This document shows, piece after piece, positions 9,498-19,117 of a stretch of 64,000 nt of DNA. The notes beneath the pieces were generated by a model that made no database searches, had not been told where the DNA came from, and saw nothing but the letters and a program-made list of their open reading frames with translations. Numbering within the stretch: the stretch's first letter is position 1; the number at the start of each line of letters is the position of its first letter. Made by a program: the position numbers and the translations under genes. Source of the stretch: Escherichia phage ES12; sequence record MN508614.1. One strand, given 5' to 3'.

Positions 9498-9674
9498 TTA
9501 CCCTTTAAGTAAGTCGTAAAATCCACCATTCACATGCTTAGGAGCGGAAACTAACCGAATAGCAATCCGATGACAATCAGGACATACATCAGTATCTCTT
9601 TCAGAAATTTTCTTGATTTTTTCGTATTCTTTTGCACAGTCTTCGGATTGGCATTTATAATCATAAAGCGGCAT
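9498..9674 (-). CDS. zinc-ribbon protein (58 aa; CxxC...CxxC)
   Basis: Hand translation MPLYDYKCQSEDCAKEYEKIKKISERDTDVCPDCHRIAIRLV...; AAGGAA RBS. Confidence 0.4.
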   Translation of the reverse strand: MPLYDYKCQSEDCAKEYEKIKKISERDTDVCPDCHRIAIRLVSAPKHVNGGFYDLLKG

Positions 9675-9676
9675 AA

Positions 9677-10096
9677 TTATTCCTTAAAGTGAGCTTTCAA
9701 CATCTGATACAAGGACCATGCTTGTTCATTATTTTCAATAGTAACTTTCATGATCGGGAATTCTGTGAAATCTTCTATTTGTTCTTGCTCTTCCTGCTCT
9801 TGTTCTTCAGCTGCCTGATATGGATTTTCCACTTCATTAAAGAACTCAGCTTCGCTCGTTGAAAGCCAAATAAAATCTTCATCCAAAATATCTTTACCGG
9901 AGGATAACGCCAATCTTCCAGTAGATGTCACAATTTTAGTAGGACGACCAAGATGGTCAATATCTATAACTTTAAAAGGTTCCATACCTAAACGCCGCGC
10001 ATAGATTCCGTTATCAGTATGGTCTTTAATAAAATTTTCTTGAGCTTGTTTATTTTTAAATTGATACCATTTATTAACTTCGAATTTAATAGCCAT
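9677..10096 (-). CDS. hypothetical acidic protein (139 aa), T4 goF position
   Basis: ORF track; [10 protein letters not shown] acidic tract; synteny only. Confidence 0.45.
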   Translation of the reverse strand: MAIKFEVNKWYQFKNKQAQENFIKDHTDNGIYARRLGMEPFKVIDIDHLGRPTKIVTSTGRLALSSGKDILDEDFIWLSTSEAEFFNEVENPYQAAEEQEQEEQEQIEDFTEFPIMKVTIENNEQAWSLYQMLKAHFKE

Positions 10097-10311
10097 TAAT
10101 AAATTTCCTTCCAGTAAGTTGTGCCGTCTTCAGTAATTTCACGAAATACACCGTAAATTGGTTGTTTATCACCGACTTTCTCATACACATAAACTGAAGT
10201 CAAGTGAGTAAACTTGACAGTGTGTTCCTTTTGAACTACTACCAAATTTGGATCAAATAATACATCTTCAAATTCATCATTAGTGCAGTTCTGAACAATT
10301 TTGTGTTTCAT
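10096..10311 (-). CDS. hypothetical protein (71 aa from ATG; T4 cef position and size)
   Basis: ORF track start is TTG at 10323; ATG at 10311 with GGAG RBS gives 71 aa. Confidence 0.45.
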   Translation of the reverse strand: MKHKIVQNCTNDEFEDVLFDPNLVVVQKEHTVKFTHLTSVYVYEKVGDKQPIYGVFREITEDGTTYWKEIY

Positions 10312-10330
10312 TACATTCTCCAAGTTTCTG

Positions 10331-10375
10331 TATCAGTAGTTGATATTGATATAGTACCATAATCAACTACTGATG
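10331..10375 (-). promoter_or_regulatory. 13-bp perfect inverted repeat (atcagtagttgat / atcaactactgat) enclosing a -10-like atagtacca box
   Basis: Read directly; lies in the gap upstream of the 10311 start; no GTTTAC -35. Confidence 0.35.
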
Positions 10376-10404
10376 TATATAGTTTTATGAAAAAATTTTA
10401 AACT

Positions 10405-10896
10405 TTATGCATAGCGAGCTTTGCTGTAGTGTTTAATCCAGCTTTCAGGAATGACTTTGTATGTTCCTAAAAATACAACGTTGTACAACTTAACGCCATC
10501 TTCTACCCATTGATCAGTAATGTATGCACACATAGCGCGAGTACGGCGAGGAAGGGGTTGTCCACCTTCGGTAAATTCAAACTCATAAGGAGCAACGAAC
10601 TTAATAGCTTGACCGAGTTTCCACTTAAAGTCTACACCTACATGCGAAGTATCAATCGTTTCAATTCCTTTAGCGGGAACAGCTTTCAAAAACGCAGGCT
10701 CAAGAAATTTCCATCGAACATAACCAAACTGAGGTTTAGACATTCCATCTTTAGGAATGATACGCACTTTTACTTCAGAATCTTCATCTTTAACACCGTG
10801 TTTAAGCTGAATGCTTACGACTTCAACCAATTTTCCTGCTGCTTTAGAACGGGATTTATCAGATACACGAGCCAATTCACCAATATTAATAATCAT
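10405..10896 (-). CDS. MotB-position protein (163 aa), paralog of 10973..11518
   Basis: Shares C-terminal block ITDQWVEDGVKLYNVV with neighbour; size matches T4 MotB. Confidence 0.45.
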   Translation of the reverse strand: MIINIGELARVSDKSRSKAAGKLVEVVSIQLKHGVKDEDSEVKVRIIPKDGMSKPQFGYVRWKFLEPAFLKAVPAKGIETIDTSHVGVDFKWKLGQAIKFVAPYEFEFTEGGQPLPRRTRAMCAYITDQWVEDGVKLYNVVFLGTYKVIPESWIKHYSKARYA

Positions 10897-10940
10897 AGTT
10901 ATCTCTCACTTGTTAAAAAGATTTTATACTCCACAGGACC

Positions 10941-10970
10941 ATTATACTCTGGTCCCAAGAGTTTGTAAAC
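10941..10970 (-). promoter_or_regulatory. T4-type early promoter (GTTTACA, 18-nt gap, TATAAT)
   Basis: attata 10941-10946, gtaaac 10965-10970; short inverted repeat ggacc/ggtcc flanks the -10. Confidence 0.55.
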
Positions 10971-10972
10971 TA

Positions 10973-11518
10973 TTAATTCAAAATAGCTACCACCGCACTA
11001 CGAGGTACTACGCTAAAATCACCTGCATGAACAACGTTCAGAAGTTCAACACCATCTTCAATCCACTGGTCTGTTACCCAACCACAGATAGGATTATCAA
11101 AAGGACGATGGATAGACACAGCAGCACACAACAGGTCTGTAGGGTCTTGTTCTTCAACTTCTTGGAACAGGATGAACTCATCTTCATAAACCAGGTTTTT
11201 CTTTATTTTGTTATTATCTAACCGGCGACCGTGGATGACGTAAGATTTATCAAACCACTCACTTTTGGCAAATTCTTCAACAATAAATTCGCCTTCGCCA
11301 AAAACATCAGTCAGAGTTTTATGACCAGAAATCAAGGCATTAGTTTTAATTTTAGGTTCAACCAGTTTGTAGGTTTTGCCGATTTCAATAGCGGTAGTCA
11401 TAGTAGGTTCCTTAATTTCCAGTGGTTTAACAGGGCATACATAAGTGCTTACAACATCAAAATCAATCAGTTTAGCTACCGGATTTGGTATGTATTCAGG
11501 ATTATAATTAAATTTCAT
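10973..11518 (-). CDS. hypothetical protein (181 aa), paralog of 10405..10896
   Basis: C-terminal VTDQWIEDGVELLNVV block shared with neighbour. Confidence 0.5.
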   Translation of the reverse strand: MKFNYNPEYIPNPVAKLIDFDVVSTYVCPVKPLEIKEPTMTTAIEIGKTYKLVEPKIKTNALISGHKTLTDVFGEGEFIVEEFAKSEWFDKSYVIHGRRLDNNKIKKNLVYEDEFILFQEVEEQDPTDLLCAAVSIHRPFDNPICGWVTDQWIEDGVELLNVVHAGDFSVVPRSAVVAILN

Positions 11519-11520
11519 AA

Positions 11521-12021
11521 TTATCTCATTTCAATAAAATCTACGAGTTCAGCATGCGATTTGCGGAACATTACTTGGTGCCCACCAATGATAACTTCAT
11601 CTTCAGGAACTTCGTATACAGCGAGATAAAATCCTTTAGAAGATAATTCTTCCCGCTCTTCTCGTGTGAACCATCTCATCATATCATACTCACTAGCGAA
11701 AGCAAAATGATAAAGAGCTATAAACCATCCTGGAATATGATATTCTACTCCAACATAATCTTTCTTGAACTTAGTATTAATTACTATATTAGCGTTTTTA
11801 ACTAATAGTTTATCTTCGTGTGGTAAAGGAATTCTTTTATTATTATCGCTATGATGCATAAAATTAGGTCTGTCATAACCTACGTGTAATAGCCACTCTT
11901 CGCTCCATGAATCTATTATACTCCTGTACGGCGTTATTTGAACACAAAGATTTCGACGTATTGTTATAGCATCTTCATAATCAAGAATACTAAACGATGA
12001 TTCAACACGATAAATTTTCAT
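11521..12021 (-). CDS. hypothetical protein (166 aa)
   Basis: ORF track; GAGGA RBS; early promoter upstream. Confidence 0.5.
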   Translation of the reverse strand: MKIYRVESSFSILDYEDAITIRRNLCVQITPYRSIIDSWSEEWLLHVGYDRPNFMHHSDNNKRIPLPHEDKLLVKNANIVINTKFKKDYVGVEYHIPGWFIALYHFAFASEYDMMRWFTREEREELSSKGFYLAVYEVPEDEVIIGGHQVMFRKSHAELVDFIEMR

Positions 12022-12048
12022 TTTATTATCCTCAGTAGCTATGGTGTT

Positions 12049-12078
12049 ATAATACCATAACTAACCGAGGAAGTAAAC
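12049..12078 (-). promoter_or_regulatory. T4-type early promoter (GTTTAC, TATTAT)
   Basis: ataata 12049-12054, gtaaac 12073-12078, 18-nt gap. Confidence 0.5.
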
Positions 12079-12083
12079 AACTT

Positions 12084-12767
12084 TTATCGTTTTGTTGGAA
12101 GAGATAGAGGATCGCACTCTTCCTCTGATGGAGCGTCTTCAAGACCCATAGCATATCGCAAAGCATACTTCATCATCAGAATGTCTTTCGCACAGTCATG
12201 AATAGAATCATGCGCAACGAATCCATCTAAAGTTCCCTTTGGAAGAGGACATGTGGTCATATCACGAACAAGCAGAAGTGCTTCAATTCTGGTACGAATA
12301 TCACGCTGATTCCAAAATTTACATGGTTCTAACTTAAATGTGTCAAGCTCATTCTCAGATACACCATTAAGACGCTGAATATCACGAATGAGATCGACTA
12401 AAATTGGAAAATCAAATGACATTCCACGACACCAGCCTTGAGATTTCCAAGGATCGATATTATGTGCATTAATGTAATCATTAAATTTTGCAATACCATC
12501 GATAGTGCTTACATCTTCATCGGATGGTGCAATATTTTTTCTAGCTTCAGGAGATTGATTCTTCCACCATTCGATAGTGCTTTTAGTAAAAAGACGATGT
12601 CCTTTTTGGCTTTTTAAATCAAACTTGATTTTAATGCCGCGTGAAACTAATTCATCAAATGTTTCAACTACTTCTGGATTAGGGTCAAAGGCAATAACAG
12701 CCAAATCAATAACAGCTGCCTTTTCACCGCTTCCCATTGTTTCAAAATCTATAATAAAATCAAACAT
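12084..12767 (-). CDS. dexA: exonuclease A DexA (227 aa, DEDD-type 3'-5' exonuclease)
   Basis: N-terminal FDFIIDFETMG acidic motif; 227 aa as T4 DexA; synteny. Confidence 0.8.
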   Translation of the reverse strand: MFDFIIDFETMGSGEKAAVIDLAVIAFDPNPEVVETFDELVSRGIKIKFDLKSQKGHRLFTKSTIEWWKNQSPEARKNIAPSDEDVSTIDGIAKFNDYINAHNIDPWKSQGWCRGMSFDFPILVDLIRDIQRLNGVSENELDTFKLEPCKFWNQRDIRTRIEALLLVRDMTTCPLPKGTLDGFVAHDSIHDCAKDILMMKYALRYAMGLEDAPSEEECDPLSLPTKR

Positions 12768-13009
12768 TAAATTTTCCTCGCTAAATCGCGAATTTGGCCT
12801 ACAGTATAGTCTTGAATATAAACTTTATTAATAGGTTCATCAATAAATTTTGCCATAGATTCAATATCTTTTTGCATCTCTTCAAGACTGTATATTATCT
12901 TTAAAGCTTTTTCGCGAATAGTAATATTTTCAGGACCAGAATTTTTCTCAATGACAGCTTTAACATTTGTCATAAGAGATTTAAACTGACACCAACTTAA
13001 TTCAATCAT
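12767..13009 (-). CDS. small helical protein (80 aa), dexA.1-type
   Basis: ORF track; C-terminal similarity to 13002..13262. Confidence 0.45.
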   Translation of the reverse strand: MIELSWCQFKSLMTNVKAVIEKNSGPENITIREKALKIIYSLEEMQKDIESMAKFIDEPINKVYIQDYTVGQIRDLARKI

Positions 13010-13262
13010 TAATAATCGCCTTATAAAGATAGCTAATTTCGCCTAAAATATAATCATTGATTGTAACAGTTTTCACTTCACCGCAAAAGAATTCTAACGC
13101 AATCAAATCTCGTTCAATTTCTTCCAATTGAAGCATTAACTTGCCTGATTCAATTTTCACGTTTTTGCGATTTTTACTATAAGCTATTTCATAAATTTCG
13201 CTCACTTTATCTTGAAGCAGATAAAACTGGTCTTTAGTTATTTCCACGAATAGCTTCCTCAA
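13002..13262 (-). CDS. small helical protein (86 aa), dexA.2-type
   Basis: ORF track; LEEIERDLIALEFF...INDYILGEI resembles neighbour. Confidence 0.45.
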   Translation of the reverse strand: MRKLFVEITKDQFYLLQDKVSEIYEIAYSKNRKNVKIESGKLMLQLEEIERDLIALEFFCGEVKTVTINDYILGEISYLYKAIIND

Positions 13263-13494
13263 ATTTAATCAGCAGCTTACAGACACTTTCATCTAATGTA
13301 ATTACCGTGTCTGTATTACTATGATATGATTGTTTTTCAATTCGTTTAATTGCTAGTATAGTATCACTTATAAGATTAAGTTTATAAAGGAGCTCAGCTC
13401 CTGTTACCATAACACTGAGGTTATCTTGCTTATCAGTATGCTTCTTTATACCATCTATTAGACGATTTAAATATTTTGAATTGATGTTAATCAT
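13234..13494 (-). CDS. small protein (86 aa)
   Basis: ORF track; translationally coupled to dda. Confidence 0.45.
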   Translation of the reverse strand: MININSKYLNRLIDGIKKHTDKQDNLSVMVTGAELLYKLNLISDTILAIKRIEKQSYHSNTDTVITLDESVCKLLIKFEEAIRGNN

Positions 13495-13500
13495 ATATCC

Positions 13501-14820
13501 TCACACATAAAACACATCATAACGACCACGAGTAACACCAACATAAAGAAGCTGCTGAGCTAGTTCAGCGTCTGCATAATGAATACAAGGCGTATAAATG
13601 AAAGCACGGTCTACAGACATACCTTGAGCTTTATGGAATGTTGATGCAGGAAGTGCTTTCACTTTACTAAACTGTGATTTAGCATCCCAAAAATCACTCC
13701 ATGGAGCTTTTCCGCCTTTGTTCCAATTTTTATAAGTTTCTGCCGTTTTACCTAAAAATAGGTTAAACTTATATAACTCTTCATCAGATGAAATTATTTT
13801 AATCTTTTCACGATAATATTCATCATCGCCGTAAGTTTCTACTGTTAAATCCCAATGACGAATTAAGTATTCTCCAGGAACACCACGAGCTTTAACAAAC
13901 GTCGATGTATACTCTGCTTCTATAATACGAACTAATTGTCCGTTATTAAAAATAATTTCTGACACAGGCTTTCCATCAATTTTATATGTTTTAATTAATG
14001 GTTCCTGCATTACAATAATTTCACCGACAATAAAATCTTTATCAGTTTCAAAAATCTTTTTACGAATAATGCTATTTAACTTGTCAACAGATTTATTTGT
14101 AAATGCCATTACGCGATTTTCAAACAAATCGTCTAGTGATTTTACGATTGAAAAATAATTTACCATAAAATCGCGTAAAGCGGTATCACCAGTAAATCCA
14201 CGTACTCCATGGCCGTCAACAACTTTATCATAAATCCACTTACCGTTGCGAACATCAGTAGCTACATCAATAATAGGAGCATTACTGCGTTTAACTTCAG
14301 TGAGTTCACACTGATAAAAATCTTTATGTGTAAAGAATGGACTGATATAAGCAGTATTTTCTCCTGGGTCAACAGGTCTAATTTGCTTATTATCACCTAT
14401 TCCAATTATAGTACACCACGGCGGGATAGTTGAAAGCAGAATTTTAAATAGCTTTCTATCATACATTGACACTTCATCGCAGATTAATACTCTGCATTTA
14501 GCTAAATCCGGTACTTCCTTCTGCTCAAAGAGGACATTTTCTTCATATGTTACTGGGTTAATTTTAAGAATGCTATGAATAGTACTTGCTTCTTTCCCTG
14601 ATAGTTTTGAAAGAATCTTTTTAGCTGCATGAGTAGGAGCTGCTAAAATAATACCAGTTTCACCCGTAGATATTAAAGCTTCAATGATGAACTTAGTAAG
14701 AGTAGTCTTACCGGTACCAGCAGGTCCATTAATAGTTACATGATGTTTCTTTTCTTTAATAGCCCTCATAACGATGTTAAAGGCATTTTTCTGGCCTTCT
14801 GTCAAATCATCAAATGTCAT
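13501..14820 (-). CDS. dda: Dda DNA helicase (439 aa, SF1B)
   Basis: Walker A GPAGTGKTT, Walker B CDEVSM; 439 aa as T4 Dda. Confidence 0.9.
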   Translation of the reverse strand: MTFDDLTEGQKNAFNIVMRAIKEKKHHVTINGPAGTGKTTLTKFIIEALISTGETGIILAAPTHAAKKILSKLSGKEASTIHSILKINPVTYEENVLFEQKEVPDLAKCRVLICDEVSMYDRKLFKILLSTIPPWCTIIGIGDNKQIRPVDPGENTAYISPFFTHKDFYQCELTEVKRSNAPIIDVATDVRNGKWIYDKVVDGHGVRGFTGDTALRDFMVNYFSIVKSLDDLFENRVMAFTNKSVDKLNSIIRKKIFETDKDFIVGEIIVMQEPLIKTYKIDGKPVSEIIFNNGQLVRIIEAEYTSTFVKARGVPGEYLIRHWDLTVETYGDDEYYREKIKIISSDEELYKFNLFLGKTAETYKNWNKGGKAPWSDFWDAKSQFSKVKALPASTFHKAQGMSVDRAFIYTPCIHYADAELAQQLLYVGVTRGRYDVFYV

Positions 14821-15128
14821 CGGAAAGTCCCTGCAATTGGAATACTAACAATACGCCCAGTATCTAGAATTCGTTGATATAATCTTTGTGTATCTACATC
14901 AGGCTTAACATGTTTAACTTCTATTTTATTAAACCAAAATTTACGTGGAGTCTCAACTAATCTTGGAATTCCTTTACCTAAAGCTAGTCGATACTGCTCT
15001 TTAAGAGTGGTAAATACTTTATCAGCAATCTTCCATTCAAAAAATACAGCAGGACGATGTTCATCAAGCGGAACTGGCGCCGTAAATCCGTCTTTGTCTC
15101 GGTAAACTATCGCATATACATAAACCAT
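14817..15128 (-). CDS. hypothetical protein (103 aa)
   Basis: ORF track; overlaps dda start. Confidence 0.5.
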   Translation of the reverse strand: MVYVYAIVYRDKDGFTAPVPLDEHRPAVFFEWKIADKVFTTLKEQYRLALGKGIPRLVETPRKFWFNKIEVKHVKPDVDTQRLYQRILDTGRIVSIPIAGTFR

Positions 15129-15129
15129 A

Positions 15130-15876
15130 TTATCCTCGGATAAGTTTAAAAATTGAACAATTTAGCGGGTATCCTCTTTTCAGTTTAAGTTTATCAATAA
15201 AAGACAAATTTTGATACCGCTCTACACCTTGAATAATTTTATCACACATATCATATTGCATTTCTGCTTCTGACAGCTTTTTCACAATTTTCCAATCCGA
15301 GCCTTTAAGAAGAACGTTCAATTTAACAACTTCAGCGCCTTCTGCTATGCGAGAACCATCAATACGTGCTTTAAGTGCTATAATCCTTAGCTTAATGTCA
15401 GAGGTCTGTTTTGATTTAGAAAGCTGAGAAATGTGTTCAATTCGGTTTTCACGTTTTTTCTGTATAGCTTTAATTTGATTATAAGTCTTTTTGATTTTAG
15501 CCCATTTCTTTTCATCTAAATTTAGTTTATGAACTTTTTTCGCAGATGAACGACCAATTCGCAAAGCAAATAAATCACGCTTTTCAATCAACTCTTCTAA
15601 AGTATAATCAGAACGAAATGTATTATACTTTTTCTTTACTGCAATAACATTCCCTTTAATGTATCCAACGTTATTATCAAAACGTTCTAATGATAATTTC
15701 TCTCCTTCAATACGATTATCAAAAGGTTCTCCCGAGTAAGCACAAACTTTTTGATCTAAAATGTTCTTAATGTAATTGAAGTCTAAGTTAAAATCTTTAG
15801 AACGTCTTTTTGCAGATGCCTGAGTATGCTCTAGACGACGTTTAATTTTACGAATTTGGTTATTAGACAGCTTCAT
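15130..15876 (-). CDS. Srd-position protein (248 aa)
   Basis: Size and position match T4 srd; basic N-terminus; no motif verified. Confidence 0.45.
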   Translation of the reverse strand: MKLSNNQIRKIKRRLEHTQASAKRRSKDFNLDFNYIKNILDQKVCAYSGEPFDNRIEGEKLSLERFDNNVGYIKGNVIAVKKKYNTFRSDYTLEELIEKRDLFALRIGRSSAKKVHKLNLDEKKWAKIKKTYNQIKAIQKKRENRIEHISQLSKSKQTSDIKLRIIALKARIDGSRIAEGAEVVKLNVLLKGSDWKIVKKLSEAEMQYDMCDKIIQGVERYQNLSFIDKLKLKRGYPLNCSIFKLIRG

Positions 15877-15912
15877 ATTTTTCTCACATCTTACGGACGG
15901 TTAACTACTTAT

Positions 15913-15942
15913 ACTATAACATTTTTACCTTAACTTGTAAAC
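15913..15942 (-). promoter_or_regulatory. T4-type early promoter (GTTTACA, 18-nt gap, TATAGT)
   Basis: actata 15913-15918, gtaaac 15937-15942. Confidence 0.5.
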
Positions 15943-15956
15943 AACTTTATGAAAAA

Positions 15957-15981
15957 TGCTTTAAAACTTTCATGGTATAAT
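15957..15981 (+). promoter_or_regulatory. consensus MotA-dependent middle promoter on PLUS strand (aaaTGCTTTA, 12-nt gap, TATAAT), antisense to modA
   Basis: tgcttta 15957-15963, spacer aaactttcatgg, tataat 15976-15981; no plus-strand ORF downstream. Confidence 0.5.
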
Positions 15982-15998
15982 GAATCTAAGTCCTTCCA

Positions 15999-16601
15999 TT
16001 ATAGATTAAATCCTTCAAAATCAAGAGTATAGATAGTGTATGTTGAATACTTTTTATACTCGTATCTATCCGCAATTCTAAATACACTTCCAGCTGGTAT
16101 CATTACTTCTTGTTCATCTGAAACTAATTCCATATTACGATAGCGATGGCTATCCGGAAACTTAAAGTTTGGATTGTATTCTTTACAGCGTAGAGCTTTT
16201 ATAGCATACTCCTGGAAATTAAACACCATAGGAGCTTTGAATTCAAAAATAACTTGTGTGTTGTATTCTAATCCAGAAGCAAAATGTAGAGCTATATTTT
16301 TATCATATGAAGCTGATACTACTTTATCAAATGTAATAATATCAATTCCTTGATTTAACACCTGTTTAGTCTCAACTGGAACACCTCTCCAAAGAGGTTT
16401 ATCGTTTGGAACCAAACGAGATTTGACTATTTCATTTAACCAAGAATGATCGTCTGGTTTATTAGTAATACAATGAATTAAAAGTTCAATTTCAGATAAA
16501 TTAAATCCTTCAGAAAGTAATTCTTCACGAATAGAAGCACGCACCGATGCATCCATTGATTTGATTTTAAAATCTTTTAATTGCATTGCTGAATATTTCA
16601 T
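15999..16601 (-). CDS. modA: ADP-ribosyltransferase ModA (200 aa)
   Basis: 200 aa as T4 ModA; paired with 207-aa neighbour; R / STS-like / E pattern. Confidence 0.65.
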   Translation of the reverse strand: MKYSAMQLKDFKIKSMDASVRASIREELLSEGFNLSEIELLIHCITNKPDDHSWLNEIVKSRLVPNDKPLWRGVPVETKQVLNQGIDIITFDKVVSASYDKNIALHFASGLEYNTQVIFEFKAPMVFNFQEYAIKALRCKEYNPNFKFPDSHRYRNMELVSDEQEVMIPAGSVFRIADRYEYKKYSTYTIYTLDFEGFNL

Positions 16602-17221
16602 TCAACTACCTCAATATCATACACTTTAAATGTTCCAAATGAATCGTGTAATTTTTCTTTTGAAATAGAAGTTATTCTATACTTTCCAATTGGAATCATC
16701 CATTCTTGTTCACGCACAATCATCATTAAGTTATCAGTACGCTCTGAATCTAATCCATCAGTATCTTCATATGTATACTTAAATTCAGTATTAGGAGAAG
16801 AAAGTATAATATCGCTGATATGGTCAGAATAATTAAAAGCTTTATCAGTTTTTAAGCGAAATATTATTTCAGTGAAATACTCAACATAAGAAAAACCACA
16901 TGCTGTGTGCAAACTAGTAGTAAATGAATCTACTCTGTTCGTTGAAAACACTTCTCCGACTTGTAAATCTTTAATGAGTTCTTTTGTCGATTTTGATATA
17001 CCACGATATAGCTGATAAGGCGATTTAGTTAAATGCTTTTTAACGATTTTATTCAACTGCCGATGAAGAGCTTCATTCTTTTTGGCTTCTATACACTGCC
17101 AAAGAACTGACTGTTCAAAGTCAGTAAATTTTTCACAGACCTTTTTATACATATCATATTGAAAATCAACGCTTTCAGCTTTTATAGATAACTGTTCAAC
17201 ATCTGCAGGATTAATAATCAT
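16598..17221 (-). CDS. modB: ADP-ribosyltransferase ModB (207 aa)
   Basis: 207 aa as T4 ModB; YRG...STN...E motifs; overlaps modA start. Confidence 0.65.
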   Translation of the reverse strand: MIINPADVEQLSIKAESVDFQYDMYKKVCEKFTDFEQSVLWQCIEAKKNEALHRQLNKIVKKHLTKSPYQLYRGISKSTKELIKDLQVGEVFSTNRVDSFTTSLHTACGFSYVEYFTEIIFRLKTDKAFNYSDHISDIILSSPNTEFKYTYEDTDGLDSERTDNLMMIVREQEWMIPIGKYRITSISKEKLHDSFGTFKVYDIEVVE

Positions 17222-17247
17222 GATAGCCTCCGTATACTTCAGAAGCT

Positions 17248-17277
17248 ATCATATCATCGTTAGAAAGGAAAGTAAAC
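17248..17277 (-). promoter_or_regulatory. T4-type early promoter (GTTTAC, TATGAT)
   Basis: atcata 17248-17253, gtaaac 17272-17277, 18-nt gap. Confidence 0.5.
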
Positions 17278-17288
17278 AACTTTTTGAA

Positions 17289-17471
17289 TTATTTTGTCCA
17301 GGGAGCCCAAGGCGGAGGGTCAAGATGGTATGAAGCTAGTTCTTCTAGAAGAGCATCTGGGGCTTCAATTCCATAATTCTGTAATACTATACGGTACTCT
17401 TTCTTATAATCACTAGAATCATTCTGGATATTCGTAGAATGATTATCTTCTAACATCTCAAATAAATCCAT
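17289..17471 (-). CDS. hypothetical protein (60 aa)
   Basis: ORF track. Confidence 0.4.
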   Translation of the reverse strand: MDLFEMLEDNHSTNIQNDSSDYKKEYRIVLQNYGIEAPDALLEELASYHLDPPPWAPWTK

Positions 17472-17479
17472 ATTAATTC

Positions 17480-17950
17480 CTAGCGATAAAAACCAAATTG
17501 ACGATTAGCTTCAATAATCTTTCTTTCTTCTTCGGACATTCTCCAGCGTAGTCCAACATCAAAATGAGCCCAGACCATCCTAACAAATGCATTTATATCT
17601 TTAATATCTTCAATAATGAATGTTTTACTTTTAGAAGGTTGACTCGCTAATTTAACTTTATCGTCTTCAAACATGTCAAAAAGACCATATTCATGAGCTC
17701 TTTTATAGCCTTTAATAGTTAAAGCTTCAGAAGAAGAAAATGGTGAATCTGTATTCTGCAAAATATCTTCAGTATGCTTTATAATTAGAATAACATTTTC
17801 TGGATATTTTCTTTCTTTTATATCTTTAATTAAAATATCCGGATTTTCTGCTAAAGGAATAATTAACGAGCATTTTTTATCAAGTGTATTTACTGATTTA
17901 CCTTCTTTAGACATAAATCCTATTGAATACAGTTTTGCTACTTCAATCAT
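17480..17950 (-). CDS. hypothetical protein (156 aa), mrh region
   Basis: ORF track; synteny with T4 mrh cluster. Confidence 0.45.
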   Translation of the reverse strand: MIEVAKLYSIGFMSKEGKSVNTLDKKCSLIIPLAENPDILIKDIKERKYPENVILIIKHTEDILQNTDSPFSSSEALTIKGYKRAHEYGLFDMFEDDKVKLASQPSKSKTFIIEDIKDINAFVRMVWAHFDVGLRWRMSEEERKIIEANRQFGFYR

Positions 17951-18103
17951 GTGATTTCCTCTTGCCTACTAATGGACCATCAGGAATTTTGTTTTCCTGG
18001 ATATATTTCTCATTTTCTTCCATCATTTTACTACCAATTTTAAGAAGCAAATCCATTGCTTCATTTGCTTTTGCTTTGGCCTCTTCTAACGTCATATCTT
18101 TGC

Positions 18104-18307
18104 TCATGATTTATCACCGTAAATATCTCTCATTAATTTAAGAGCTGAGCGCTCTAATTTCTTTTCTTTCTCAGCACTAATCATTGATTTCATCCATTCT
18201 TCCGATTCGTTCTGCATTTCTTTATTTGCCTGTTCAACCCAACCATCATCAATATACATTGAGTTTGGTCTATTGAACCATTCAAGCATTTTCTTCAGAA
18301 CTTTCAT
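18104..18307 (-). CDS. hypothetical protein (67 aa)
   Basis: ORF track. Confidence 0.4.
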   Translation of the reverse strand: MKVLKKMLEWFNRPNSMYIDDGWVEQANKEMQNESEEWMKSMISAEKEKKLERSALKLMRDIYGDKS

Positions 18308-18779
18308 TTGTTTTACCTAAAACAATAGTAGGAGCATCGTCAAATTCATGAATTTTTAGCAATTTTGGATTTAAATTATTCCATACATAATAAATAAAGT
18401 ATGATAAAGCATCTTCACTCGCAATTATAAATTTATTTCCTTCATTTATTTTCCAGTCATATACTGAATCGTACGAATAAAAAGATAAAGGATTACCATT
18501 ATATTGTTCTGCGCTAACATTAATGTATTCGGATTTAGTAAATGCTTCAATTGCTCTAAACGGACTATTTGGCACAGTTTCAATAATTCCGATCTTTTTA
18601 AGTTTTATTTCAACATCTTCTGGAACTGGCATTGAAACGAAATTTTCTACGAGATACATAGGGTTACAATAACCCTTATCAATCACTACGGCTACAGTAA
18701 TTGGAACATCTTTAGCAAACGACATGCTATTACTGCTAATATACATTTCAAACAAAATCGCTTCCATAATTTTCCTCAA
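18282..18779 (-). CDS. hypothetical protein (165 aa)
   Basis: ORF track. Confidence 0.5.
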   Translation of the reverse strand: MRKIMEAILFEMYISSNSMSFAKDVPITVAVVIDKGYCNPMYLVENFVSMPVPEDVEIKLKKIGIIETVPNSPFRAIEAFTKSEYINVSAEQYNGNPLSFYSYDSVYDWKINEGNKFIIASEDALSYFIYYVWNNLNPKLLKIHEFDDAPTIVLGKTNESSEENA

Positions 18780-19117
18780 TCACAAGATGTAGATGAACAA
18801 CTAGAATCACAAGAACTTCCACATGAATCACCTGCCCATACATGAACAGGAACATTGGTGTCATATGAATCAGAACTAGACTGTGTATTCTGTGCATTAG
18901 ATGATGTAGTAGGTACTGACCAGCGCCAAGGATTTTTATAATATTCTTGGGCTTCTTCATAAGTCATAGTAACTGCTTCTACTGTTCCATCTCCCATATA
19001 AACATATTCAACTACAGTTAAAGGAAGATAGTCATTTGAAATAGGAACTACACCTTCTCCCGGAGTTGTAGAGAAAAAATCTGTAAAGAAATTTTTAAAC
19101 CAATTAAAGATAAACAT
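18776..19117 (-). CDS. hypothetical protein with Cys/Ser-rich C-terminal tail (113 aa)
   Basis: ORF track; tail [15 protein letters not shown]. Confidence 0.5.
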   Translation of the reverse strand: MFIFNWFKNFFTDFFSTTPGEGVVPISNDYLPLTVVEYVYMGDGTVEAVTMTYEEAQEYYKNPWRWSVPTTSSNAQNTQSSSDSYDTNVPVHVWAGDSCGSSCDSSCSSTSCD

